Positions 1-8,316 are shown, numbered from the stretch's first letter. The stretch is DNA of 33,643 nucleotides from an uncultured Algibacter sp. (GCA_963976905.1 CAXBNH010000001.1:1-33643), one strand, 5' to 3'. The notes: generated from the sequence alone by a model not told the origin. Translations and numbers: made by a program.

Positions 1-24
1 AATTATCCAACAACTGCAATAAAA

Positions 25-96
25 AACAGTAAGAATAGTAAGAAATCTTACTGTTGTCTTACCCTTGTTTTACACTCTTACTAAAATCGGCTTACT
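25..96. repeat. Cluster of AGTAAG/CTTACT motifs including a perfect 10-bp inverted repeat, upstream of the element's HTH operon
   Basis: AACAGTAAGA (25-34) and TCTTACTGTT (46-55) are perfect reverse complements. AGTAAG at 28 and 37, CTTACT at 47, 77 and 91, CTTACC at 58. Confidence 0.6.
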
Positions 97-180
97 AATT
101 TCAAACCTTTGTCCTGTTCTTGAAATCCAAGAATGACATTTGGCCAGATGTCCATTACTATTTTTTAAATTTTATTAGTC

Positions 181-480
181 ATGGACGAAATATTAGAACG
201 TCTCAAAATTATTGAGAAACATGTTTTAGACAGAAACATTATTGTAAAAAATGTATTGAGCTTTAAGGAAGCATGTAAGTTTTTGGAATTATCGCAATCC
301 CATTTATATAAGCTTACAAGTACAGGAGCCATTCCTCATTATAAACCGAATGGTAAGAAAATTTATTTTAATCGTGTTGAGTTAGAAGACTGGTTATTAA
401 GTAACCGTGTTGATTCACAAGATGAAATCGAACAGCAAGCTGCCGATTACTTAATTAAGAAAGGAGCGGTAAGGTTATGA
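181..480 (+). CDS. Excisionase-like helix-turn-helix DNA-binding protein (HTH_17 / MerR-like)
   Basis: 99 aa with VLSFKEACKFLELSQSHLYKLTSTGAIPHYKPNGKKIYFNRVELEDWL, the typical Xis-like winged HTH pattern. Confidence 0.9.
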   Translation: MDEILERLKIIEKHVLDRNIIVKNVLSFKEACKFLELSQSHLYKLTSTGAIPHYKPNGKKIYFNRVELEDWLLSNRVDSQDEIEQQAADYLIKKGAVRL

Positions 481-773
481 CTGAAATAATCGATCTACTC
501 TTGGTACTCTCACAAGAAATTAAGGACATTAAAACACGTATCGAATTGTTAAGGCAATCGAGAGTTGAACGCCTAAAAGATTCGTGGTTAGACAATCAAG
601 ATGTTTTGCAAATGCTTCATATTAGCAAGCGAACACTGCATACATTACGAGCGAACGGAACATTGCCATTCAGTAGAATAAAAGGCAAGTTTTATTACAA
701 GGTTTCCGATATAGAGCAATTGCTTCATGATAACTACTACAACCATAATTTCAACTGTCATGGAAATAAGTAG
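477..773 (+). CDS. Second excisionase-like HTH_17 protein
   Basis: 98 aa with WLDNQDVLQMLHISKRTLHTLRANGTLPFSRIKGKFYYKVSDI. ATGA overlap with the upstream gene. Confidence 0.88.
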   Translation: MTEIIDLLLVLSQEIKDIKTRIELLRQSRVERLKDSWLDNQDVLQMLHISKRTLHTLRANGTLPFSRIKGKFYYKVSDIEQLLHDNYYNHNFNCHGNK

Positions 774-1668
774 AGAAGCAATATTAGACAAAACACATTA
801 TGACTTAAAGATTTATGCCTATGTGTTAAGACAGTATTATCCTGAAACAACAGTCCTTTCCTTAAAGGGAAGGGACTGCGGGATAACCCGAAATCCTTTT
901 AATGGTGGCAAAGAAACCTTACGTATTCATTTAGATGGAGTAATTGCAAGCCATAGAGATACAGAATTAGAAACTTTCAAAGGTGATGTTTTCGATTTTG
1001 CGCAATACCATTTTAAGCTTATCAATGAAGATGATCTCTTGCTGAAAATTAACCAAGAGTTGCATCTGAATTTAGAAGTAAAAGAAAAAGATGATTTAGA
1101 ATGGCTTAATGGTCCAGATGATACCTGGTATGCAAACTGTAGCTTCTTCAAAGCGCCAGTTCGCAATGTGTTTCCTTCGGAAACTTTGCGATTACATCAA
1201 ATATTTGAATTAATCACAAGTGATAAATACAAAGGGATTACAGAGAAATTAAGAGCGATTACCAATGTTAAGCAAGCACGTAAACTCAAAGCGAATCGCT
1301 TTGATTACGTCACGTTTTCAGGGGTTTTTGAAAAACGCAACGACAGTAGTTTATTACAGCACTCTAATTTATTGACCATTGATTTTGATCATTTGGAAAA
1401 TCTACAAGAGTTAAAAACGCAACTGTTAAACGATGAATACTTTGAAACCGAGATGCTGTTTACGTCACCATCTGGCGATGGCTTGAAATGGATTATCAGA
1501 ATTGACATTGAAGAAGTATCGCATTCAGAATATTTCATAGCTGTAGCAAATTACATAAAACACACCTATAATATAGAGGTTGACCAGTCAGGTAAAGACG
1601 TGTCCAGAGTGTGTTTTCTACCATACGATCCAACAGCCTTTTTACATAAAAGACACCAAGCATTATGA
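760..1668 (+). CDS. BT4734/BF3469-like protein (VirE N-terminal-like domain), element replication module
   Basis: ORF track gives 727; ATG 760 (MEISREAIL) is the more likely start. Motifs YVTFSGVF, LTIDFDH, LFTSPSGDGLKW and DQSGKDVSRVCFLPYDP are typical of the family. Confidence 0.82.
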   Translation: MEISREAILDKTHYDLKIYAYVLRQYYPETTVLSLKGRDCGITRNPFNGGKETLRIHLDGVIASHRDTELETFKGDVFDFAQYHFKLINEDDLLLKINQELHLNLEVKEKDDLEWLNGPDDTWYANCSFFKAPVRNVFPSETLRLHQIFELITSDKYKGITEKLRAITNVKQARKLKANRFDYVTFSGVFEKRNDSSLLQHSNLLTIDFDHLENLQELKTQLLNDEYFETEMLFTSPSGDGLKWIIRIDIEEVSHSEYFIAVANYIKHTYNIEVDQSGKDVSRVCFLPYDPTAFLHKRHQAL

Positions 1669-3404
1669 GTAAAATATTCAACCCAAAAGATTGGTTAGAA
1701 GTTCCAAAAGAGCAACTTAAACCAACAAGCAACACGGCAACAACAAAGGTTGTTGCTGTTGCTGATAACGACATAGAATCTTATATAAAAGCTATTGAAC
1801 AAGCTGGAACAGATATTACAGGAAATTATGCTACTTGGCGAGATTTAGGTTTTGCTTTAGCTGAAGAATATGGAGAAATAGGCAGAGACTATTTTCACAG
1901 AATTAGTAAAGCCTATGTAGGTTATGAATCCAAAGAGTGTGATGAACAATTCAGCAAATGTTTAAAAGCTAAAGGTCACGGAATAGGCATTGCAACTTTT
2001 TATCACCATGCACATCAAGCAGGAATAAGGCTATTAAAAAACGATATTCAAATACGGCAACAAAAAGAGGAAAAGGAACAAGTACAAGAAACAATGCCAA
2101 CTATTCCCGAAAAGGTATATAATTCACTCCCACAGTTTTTACAACAAGTTGTAAACCCTGCGAGTAGCCCAGAAGAAAAAGATGTTTTATTGTTAGGGGC
2201 TTTAACAGCTTTTAGTGCCTGCTTCCCTAAATTATTCGGAGTATACGACCAACGAAAAGTATATAGCAACTTATACCTATTTGTAACGGCAGCTGCATCT
2301 GCAGGTAAAGGCAGGCTCAACCAAATTAAAAATTTGGTAGATCCTGTGCATAAATTAAAACGAGAGCAAGCCAAAGTATTAAAGCAACAATTTAACACGG
2401 AAAAAGTGACTTATAATATGAATAAAGGCAAAGATGAAAACCTCGAAAAACCAGGAAAACCACCTGAACGTATGTTGTTTATTCCTGCCAATAATAGTGT
2501 AACAGGTGTGTATCAATTAATATCAGATAATGATGGTAGAGGATTAATTTTTGAAACCGAAGGCGATACCTTGGCACAAGCCTTTAAAAGCGATTACGGC
2601 AATTATAGCGATGGGTTTCGTAAAGCCTTTCATCATGAAACCATAAGCTATTACCGACGGACAGATCGCGAATATGTAGATATTGAAAAACCTTGTTTGT
2701 CAACTGTATTGTCAGGTACACCTAAACAAGTGGCAACTTTAATTCCAAATGCCGAAAATGGTTTGTTCAGTCGCTTTATGTTCTACTATATGAATATCAA
2801 ACCGACTTGGAAGAATGTATTCCAAAATTGCAACAGTGTAGGTTTAGATGATTATTATTCACAGTTAGGCAATGAGTTTTTAGAGCTGTATAAAACACTC
2901 AAGAATAATCCAGAAATAGAAATACGATTAACTGTATCACAGCAAGAGCAATTCAACACCTTTTTTGAATCATTACAAACCAAATATATCAATCTACAGC
3001 CCGAAGAGTATATCGCAACTATTAGACGTTTAGGTCTTATTGCCTTTAGGTTAATGATGCTATTCACAGCATTTCGCATTATGGAAGATGGTGATGTTAA
3101 TCAAGTAAAAGAATGTGAGGGTGTCGATTTTCAAAATGCGCTAACTGTTATTTCCATTTTAGTAAAGCATAGTAGTAAGGTGTTTAATGATTTACCTTTT
3201 GAACAAAAAGCGGTAAAGCGCCTAAATCGTAAAGAGAGCTTTTTAGAAAGCCTACCCGAACAATTCAATAGGCAGGAGTATTTAGATATAGCAACCAAAC
3301 AAAATATACCACATAAAACGGCAGAAGGCTACATCACCAAATTTGTAGAAGCAGGATTATTGCATAGAGAAGCGCACAATAGCTATTCAAATCCTGCAAA
3401 ATAA
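1665..3404 (+). CDS. PriCT-2 domain + DUF3987 (YfjI-like P-loop) primase/helicase-associated protein
   Basis: N-terminal YATWRDLGFALA...GRDYFHRIS...GIGIATFYHHA (PriCT-2). Walker-A-like AAASAGKG, plus FETEGD, LSGTP and NGLFSRF (DUF3987). ATGA overlap with the upstream gene. Confidence 0.85.
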   Translation: MSKIFNPKDWLEVPKEQLKPTSNTATTKVVAVADNDIESYIKAIEQAGTDITGNYATWRDLGFALAEEYGEIGRDYFHRISKAYVGYESKECDEQFSKCLKAKGHGIGIATFYHHAHQAGIRLLKNDIQIRQQKEEKEQVQETMPTIPEKVYNSLPQFLQQVVNPASSPEEKDVLLLGALTAFSACFPKLFGVYDQRKVYSNLYLFVTAAASAGKGRLNQIKNLVDPVHKLKREQAKVLKQQFNTEKVTYNMNKGKDENLEKPGKPPERMLFIPANNSVTGVYQLISDNDGRGLIFETEGDTLAQAFKSDYGNYSDGFRKAFHHETISYYRRTDREYVDIEKPCLSTVLSGTPKQVATLIPNAENGLFSRFMFYYMNIKPTWKNVFQNCNSVGLDDYYSQLGNEFLELYKTLKNNPEIEIRLTVSQQEQFNTFFESLQTKYINLQPEEYIATIRRLGLIAFRLMMLFTAFRIMEDGDVNQVKECEGVDFQNALTVISILVKHSSKVFNDLPFEQKAVKRLNRKESFLESLPEQFNRQEYLDIATKQNIPHKTAEGYITKFVEAGLLHREAHNSYSNPAK

Positions 3405-3446
3405 CAATAAAGGAAATGAAGGATTTAAGGATGTCTTTGTTTTTTC

Positions 3447-3563
3447 GTCAGGCTAAAACCTGACAAAAAATAGAATAAAGTCAGGCTATAACCTTACGTT
3501 TTATTTGTTTTTGTCAGGTTATAGCCTTACATTTGTAGATAATTAGTCAGGCTATAACCTCAC
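3447..3563. promoter_or_regulatory. Four 18-bp imperfect palindromic boxes at exact 33-bp period; probable operator array
   Basis: GTCAGGCTAAAACCTGAC (3447), GTCAGGCTATAACCTTAC (3480), GTCAGGTTATAGCCTTAC (3513), GTCAGGCTATAACCTCAC (3546). The last ends 3 nt before ATG 3567. Confidence 0.8.
3504..3535 (+). promoter_or_regulatory. Bacteroidota sigma-A-type promoter (-33 TTTG / -7 TAnnTTTG) for the mobile mystery A/B operon
   Basis: TTTG at 3504-3507, 20-nt spacer, TACATTTG at 3528-3535. Overlaps box 3. Confidence 0.65.
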
Positions 3564-3566
3564 ATT

Positions 3567-4025
3567 ATGAATAAAAAGAAATTACAATTAGAACAATTAG
3601 GCAGCAAATTAAACGGGTTTAAAGATGCGGTCAAAGTCACGCCACCACCAACAGGTTGGCTCAAAGCGGTAAGGGTGTCATTAGGAATGTCTTTACAGCA
3701 ATTGGCAGATAAATTATCTATTACCAAACAGAGTGTACAAGAAATAGAACAAAGGGAAAAAGAAGGTACTATTACCCTGAATAATCTAAAGGAAACGGCC
3801 AATGCTTTAGATATGCAATTGGTGTACGGTCTCGTACCCAAAGATGGTACGTTAGATGATTTAATAGAGCGAAAAGCCAAAGAATTGGCAATACGCATTG
3901 TGTCAAGAACGTCTAACACAATGAAACTTGAAGATCAAGAAAACTCGAAACAGCGCATTAAAAAAGCGATTGAGGAACGCACGACCATTATTAAAAATGA
4001 AATGCCAAAGATGCTATGGGATTAA
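3567..4025 (+). CDS. Mobile mystery protein A (XRE-family HTH, TIGR02612-like)
   Basis: 152 aa with PPPTGWLKAVRVSLGMSLQQLADKL...EQREKEGTITL...ALDMQLVYGLVP...TMKLEDQ and C-terminal LWD. Confidence 0.92.
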   Translation: MNKKKLQLEQLGSKLNGFKDAVKVTPPPTGWLKAVRVSLGMSLQQLADKLSITKQSVQEIEQREKEGTITLNNLKETANALDMQLVYGLVPKDGTLDDLIERKAKELAIRIVSRTSNTMKLEDQENSKQRIKKAIEERTTIIKNEMPKMLWD

Positions 4026-4612
4026 ATTTGGAGTACATCGATGGGCAAACACCTATCGATGAAGAAGAAAAAGAAGGCTTGCTCATAGAAACCATATCCA
4101 CTAAAGGCGAATTGGACGAATTCGAGCAACTCAATATCGAGGAAGCTTTGCAGTGGGTGTTTGCTAAAAAATTCAAACCCAAACAGGTGTTCATAGAGAA
4201 ATTTATTTGTGACTTACATAAGCGTATGTATGGCAATGTGTGGGCGTGGGCTGGGACATTCAGAAAAACAGAAAAAAACATAGGGGTTAAGAGTTATCTA
4301 ATCCCAATGCAGTTAAAAGCGCTTTGTGATGATACACTGTTTTGGATAGAAAACGAAACCTATCCACCAGAAGAAATCGCTATTTACTTTAAACACCGTT
4401 TAGTAAGCATCCACTGTTTCCCTAATGGAAATGGACGCCATAGTAGGCTAATGGCAGATATTATTATCGAAAAACTATTTGGCAAAGAACCCTTTTCTTG
4501 GGGTGCAGCAAATCTCTCTAAAGATAGCGATACACGTAAAGCGTATCTTAAAGCAGTAAAACAAGCCGATGGAAATGAATACCAACCCTTATTGGACTTT
4601 GCAGTTTCTTAA
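4016..4612 (+). CDS. Mobile mystery protein B (Fic-domain protein, TIGR02613-like)
   Basis: 198 aa with N-terminal GQTPIDEEEKEGL and Fic motif HCFPNGNGRHSR. Overlaps mystery protein A by 10 nt. Confidence 0.92.
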   Translation: MGLNLEYIDGQTPIDEEEKEGLLIETISTKGELDEFEQLNIEEALQWVFAKKFKPKQVFIEKFICDLHKRMYGNVWAWAGTFRKTEKNIGVKSYLIPMQLKALCDDTLFWIENETYPPEEIAIYFKHRLVSIHCFPNGNGRHSRLMADIIIEKLFGKEPFSWGAANLSKDSDTRKAYLKAVKQADGNEYQPLLDFAVS

Positions 4613-4726
4613 TTCCTCAATATCCTCAACTTCCTCACAGACCTGTTTAACATGACCTCGGGCATAGCTTAATTCTACTGCCTTTTGTTTAAACGATGTG
4701 CCGTAATTCCTGTGTTGTTTCTTCAT
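4589..4726 (-). pseudogene. IS3 OrfA transposase fragment reading into element sequence (45 aa chimera)
   Basis: Manual translation MKKQHRNYGTSFKQKAVELSYARGHVKQVCEEVEDIEELRNCKVQ*. Not in the ORF track. Confidence 0.7.
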
Positions 4727-4793
4727 GGTTCAAAGTTAATTTATGTAACTCTAAATCTCGCAATCTAATGTCCAGTCTAATGTAGTAATTCCA
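4632..4793 (-). mobile_element. Truncated IS3-family insertion sequence (left end plus first ~32 codons of OrfA)
   Basis: Minus strand begins TGGAATTACTACATTAGACTGGACA (IS3-type 5'-TG end) at 4793. ATG at 4726 gives MKKQHRNYGTSFKQKAVELSYARGHVKQVCEE, an IS3 OrfA HTH-like start. No OrfB or right end is present. Confidence 0.75.
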
Positions 4794-4860
4794 GTGGTAA
4801 CTTAAGCGAATTGTTTGCTCTTTAAATTCAATACTGTAAATACGTTTTTTTAATATTTCT

Positions 4861-4889
4861 AAGATATTTGTTTTATAACAAACTGTCTT
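4861..4889 (-). terminator. Possible terminator hairpin downstream of the E1 gene
   Basis: Imperfect inverted repeat AAGATATTTGTT-TTAT-AACAAACTGTCTT about 120 nt past the E1 stop. AT-rich and weak. Confidence 0.3.
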
Positions 4890-5006
4890 AAATTTTATGT
4901 ACGAGTAAAGGTAGCAACTCCAAAAAAAGCTATATGTTAACCTAGGTAAGAATTTCGTAAGATACTTTACTGAAAACCAGAAAAAATATGACTCGAAATG
5001 AAATAT

Positions 5007-7058
5007 CTAATACTTTAGCAAAATATTGAGTCTTGTTTTCACCTTTTCAGTAGAAGGAATCATAGTTTGCTCTAAAGTACTATTTAATGGGATAGCAGGC
5101 ATATTTTCACTGCCTATTGTCATAACAGGAGCATCTAAATACTGAAAACATTCTTCCTGAATTTTTCCAGATAAGGCTCTTGCAAAGCTATTGTCTGAAG
5201 GCTCTTCTGTTACAACCAGGCATTTACCGGTCTTTTTGACTGATTTAAAAATGGTATCTTCGTCTAAAGGAAAAAGAGTTCTTAAATCAATTATTTCAAT
5301 TTGTTTTTTTCCATCTAATTCACTTGAAGCATTGCATGCCCAATGTACTCCCATCCCATAAGTTACAATAGTACAAGTTCTACACTCTTCTTCAACACAA
5401 ATCTCTTGTATTAAACATGCTTTACCCAAAGGCAGAATGTAATCTTCTGCTGGCTCGATAGAAATGGCAGATTTCGTTCCCGTTACTTTGTTCCAGTATA
5501 ATCCTTTGTGTTCCAAAATTACAACAGGATTAGGATCATAATACGCTGCTTTCATCAAACCTTTTAAATCAGCTCCATTACTAGGATAAACAATTTTGAT
5601 TCCTCTAATATTAGTAAGCACACTCTCAATTGATGAAGAATGATAGGGGCCACCGCTTCCATAGGCTCCAATTGGAACACGGAGAATCATGCTTACTGGC
5701 CATTTTCCGTTGGACAGGTAACAACTTCTACTTACTTCTGTAAATAATTGGTTTAGTCCTGGCCAGACATAATCGGCAAACTGAACTTCAACTATTGGTT
5801 TTAATCCAACCGCACTCATTCCAACTGTAGAGCCAATAATAAAGGCTTCTTGTATTGGTGTATTAAATACGCGATCATCTCCAAATTTTTTTGCCAAAGT
5901 TGCTGCTTCTCTGAATACTCCACCAAGTCTACCTCCAACATCTTGGCCGTATAGTAAACACTCTTTATGTTTTTTCATTAATTCTTCTATGGCAAATAGG
6001 GCACAATCTACCATTAACGATTTATTATTACCTTTTGGTGAGCGCTCACCAGCTTCTTCAACTATAGGTGTGGGTGCAAAATCATGCGTAAATAAATCTT
6101 CAGGTCTAGGATTATCGGCTTGTAATGCTTTTTCAAAGTCTAATTGGACCTTCTCTTTCGCAGAACTTTCTATATTGTCAACTTCTTCAGAAGAAATATG
6201 ATTATCAAGAAGTTGTTTTTTTAAAATAGGAAAGGGATCTTGAGATTTTGCCTCTTCCAAATCATCACGATACCATTCCATTCTAACACCAGAAGTATGA
6301 TGATTTAATAATGGTACCTTTGCATGTACTAAAAAAGGTCTTCGTTCTACCCGAATGGTTTTAATTACTTTTTCAATTGCATTATAACTTTCAATAAAAT
6401 TAGCTCCATCAATAGAAATAGCTTCTAAACCTTTAAATCCTTGAGCATATTCATAAGCATTTTGAGCTCTAGTTTCTGCCGCATTTGCTGATATATTCCA
6501 ACCATTATCTTGTACTAAATACAAAATTGGCATTTGTTTTAAAGCCGCTATTTGAAAAGCTTCTGCAATTTCTCCTTCAGTTACAGAGGCATCACCAAGA
6601 GAACAAACAACAAGAGGCAAGCCTTTAACACTTTTATCATCTAACCCTTTTAATTCTTTATATTGGATACCCATAGCTACCCCAGTCGCTGGAATAGCTT
6701 GCATACCAGTAGCAGATGATTGATGTGGAATTTTAGGTTTATTGTCATCTTTTAAACTAGGGTGACAATAATACGTCCTACCACCAGAAAAAGGGTCGTC
6801 TTTTTTTGCCAATAATTGCAACATTAAATCATGTGGTTCTAAACCAAAGGATAATAGCATTGCATCATCTCTATAATAGGGAAATACATAATCTTGAGAT
6901 AATAATTGCATTCCTACTGCTAATTGTATAGCTTCATGACCTCTAGATGTTGCATGTACATATTTTGAAACTTGTTTAAAATTAGTTTCATATAATTCGG
7001 TCATGGCTTTCGCTTTACATAAATAAGAAAAGCTTTTTTTAAGTATTTCTTTTTTCAT
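5007..7058 (-). CDS. Fused 2-oxoacid dehydrogenase E1 alpha/beta (probably branched-chain, 2-oxoisovalerate dehydrogenase)
   Basis: 683 aa with TPP-binding GDASVTEGE...QDNGW and beta-subunit motifs YGQDVGG, FNTPIQE, VEVQFADY, GGPYHS and IIDLRTL. Adjacent to ilvE. Confidence 0.9.
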   Translation of the reverse strand: MKKEILKKSFSYLCKAKAMTELYETNFKQVSKYVHATSRGHEAIQLAVGMQLLSQDYVFPYYRDDAMLLSFGLEPHDLMLQLLAKKDDPFSGGRTYYCHPSLKDDNKPKIPHQSSATGMQAIPATGVAMGIQYKELKGLDDKSVKGLPLVVCSLGDASVTEGEIAEAFQIAALKQMPILYLVQDNGWNISANAAETRAQNAYEYAQGFKGLEAISIDGANFIESYNAIEKVIKTIRVERRPFLVHAKVPLLNHHTSGVRMEWYRDDLEEAKSQDPFPILKKQLLDNHISSEEVDNIESSAKEKVQLDFEKALQADNPRPEDLFTHDFAPTPIVEEAGERSPKGNNKSLMVDCALFAIEELMKKHKECLLYGQDVGGRLGGVFREAATLAKKFGDDRVFNTPIQEAFIIGSTVGMSAVGLKPIVEVQFADYVWPGLNQLFTEVSRSCYLSNGKWPVSMILRVPIGAYGSGGPYHSSSIESVLTNIRGIKIVYPSNGADLKGLMKAAYYDPNPVVILEHKGLYWNKVTGTKSAISIEPAEDYILPLGKACLIQEICVEEECRTCTIVTYGMGVHWACNASSELDGKKQIEIIDLRTLFPLDEDTIFKSVKKTGKCLVVTEEPSDNSFARALSGKIQEECFQYLDAPVMTIGSENMPAIPLNSTLEQTMIPSTEKVKTRLNILLKY

Positions 7059-7060
7059 CT

Positions 7061-8140
7061 TTATTGAACTAATTCCTTTTCAACTTTAACCATCCATTTG
7101 AAAACATCTTCAATCTTACCAGTTTTTATACTATTTAAAGTATTATCAATATCTTCTCCTACAGGACTTTCATTTGAAACATGAATTTTCTCGTAATTAA
7201 GATTTATTTCTTGAATAAAAGCAATTCCCACAGCTGTTCCTGTTCCAAAAGCTTCTTCCAATGTTCCATTATTTGATGCTTCTTTAATCTCAGTGATGGT
7301 AATTAGTCTTTCAGATACCTTAAATCCTTTATATTTCAACAATTCAATTACACTTTTTCTTGTGATTCCATTTAAAACGCAACCATCAAGTTTTGGCGTA
7401 ATAAAATCTCCATTAATTTTAAAGAAAATATTCATTGTTCCAACTTCTTGAATATAGTTGTGCTCTATGGCATCTAACCATAATACTTCATCGTAGCCTT
7501 TGGATTTTGCTAATTCTGTTGGCCTAATTGCTGCAGCATAATTACCAGCCGCTTTAACTTCACCAGTACCACCTTGAGCTGCACGGATAAATTTCTTTTC
7601 TGCCCAAAGTTTTATACGCTTGCTAAAAAATGATTCTGCAGGTGAACACATAATGATGAACTTATAATGTGTTGCAGCTCGCATTCCTAAAAAGGCTTCG
7701 TCTGCGTACATAAATGGTCTTAAATATAATGCACTTCTGTCTTGAGATGGTATCCAGTGATGTTCTAAACTAATTAGCAGCTTTAAACTTTTGATGAATA
7801 ATTCTTTTGGAAAGTGAGGCATTCCCATTCGTTCTGCGCTAGAGTTCAGTCGTATAGCATTTTCCTTAGGTCTAAATAACATAGGGTTTCCATTAGCATC
7901 CATAGTTACTTTCATCCCTTCAAAAATGGATTGACCATAATGTAAACCCATAGCCGCTGGATGTGTTGGGATTAGTTTTAAAGGTTCTATTCTTGGATTG
8001 ATCCATTGTCCATTTTCATAGTCACAAATAAACATATGGTCAGTAAAAGTGGAGCCTAATGGAATGTTGTCAAAGTTTAAGAGCTCAACTCTTGATTTTT
8101 TTATTTTATTAATTTGTATAGTCTGTGACATAGTAATCAT
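7061..8140 (-). CDS. ilvE: Branched-chain amino acid aminotransferase (class IV PLP)
   Basis: Motifs FTDHMF, LHYGQSIFEGMK, LYLRPF, KAAGNY (PLP lysine), EVGTMN, LNGITR and GTGTA. The start may be ATG 8131. Confidence 0.93.
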   Translation of the reverse strand: MITMSQTIQINKIKKSRVELLNFDNIPLGSTFTDHMFICDYENGQWINPRIEPLKLIPTHPAAMGLHYGQSIFEGMKVTMDANGNPMLFRPKENAIRLNSSAERMGMPHFPKELFIKSLKLLISLEHHWIPSQDRSALYLRPFMYADEAFLGMRAATHYKFIIMCSPAESFFSKRIKLWAEKKFIRAAQGGTGEVKAAGNYAAAIRPTELAKSKGYDEVLWLDAIEHNYIQEVGTMNIFFKINGDFITPKLDGCVLNGITRKSVIELLKYKGFKVSERLITITEIKEASNNGTLEEAFGTGTAVGIAFIQEINLNYEKIHVSNESPVGEDIDNTLNSIKTGKIEDVFKWMVKVEKELVQ

Positions 8141-8169
8141 GTTGTGCGTTTTGTATCAAAACTCTTTAA

Positions 8170-8316
8170 TTATTCGAAAATGTACCTAAGGGGATTTAAT
8201 CTTAAATATACGTCAACTAATGGTGGTTGAATTGTAATGATAAGTAAATCATAATCTCGTTTAATTTGTATTGCTTCCATTTTTAGTTTTTTATATTGAT
8301 TTTTAATAGTTTTCAT
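8170..8316 (-). CDS. Putative small protein or leader peptide (48 aa, or 36 aa from ATG 8280)
   Basis: Manual translation MKTIKNQYKKLKMEAIQIKRDYDLLIITIQPPLVDVYLRLNPLRYIFE*. ATG 8280 has an A-rich Bacteroidota-style initiation context (AAAAAACTAAAA-ATG). The stop lies 29 nt before ilvE. Confidence 0.35.
   Translation of the reverse strand: MKTIKNQYKKLKMEAIQIKRDYDLLIITIQPPLVDVYLRLNPLRYIFE

Larger units (their letters stand above)
181..4640 (+). mobile_element. Integrative mobilizable element remnant (Bacteroidota type); integrase not in window, right part apparently deleted
   Basis: Overlapping, coupled HTH-HTH-BT4734/VirE-N-PriCT2/DUF3987 module followed by mobile mystery A/B, then abrupt fusion to an IS3 fragment. 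Boundaries are approximate and the left end lies outside the window. Confidence 0.75.

Noticed and set aside
3447-3563. Mini CRISPR array (regularly spaced palindromic repeats)
   Set aside because: The 18-bp repeats and 15-bp AT-rich spacers are too short, no cas genes are present, and the boxes overlap a promoter. An operator array fits better.
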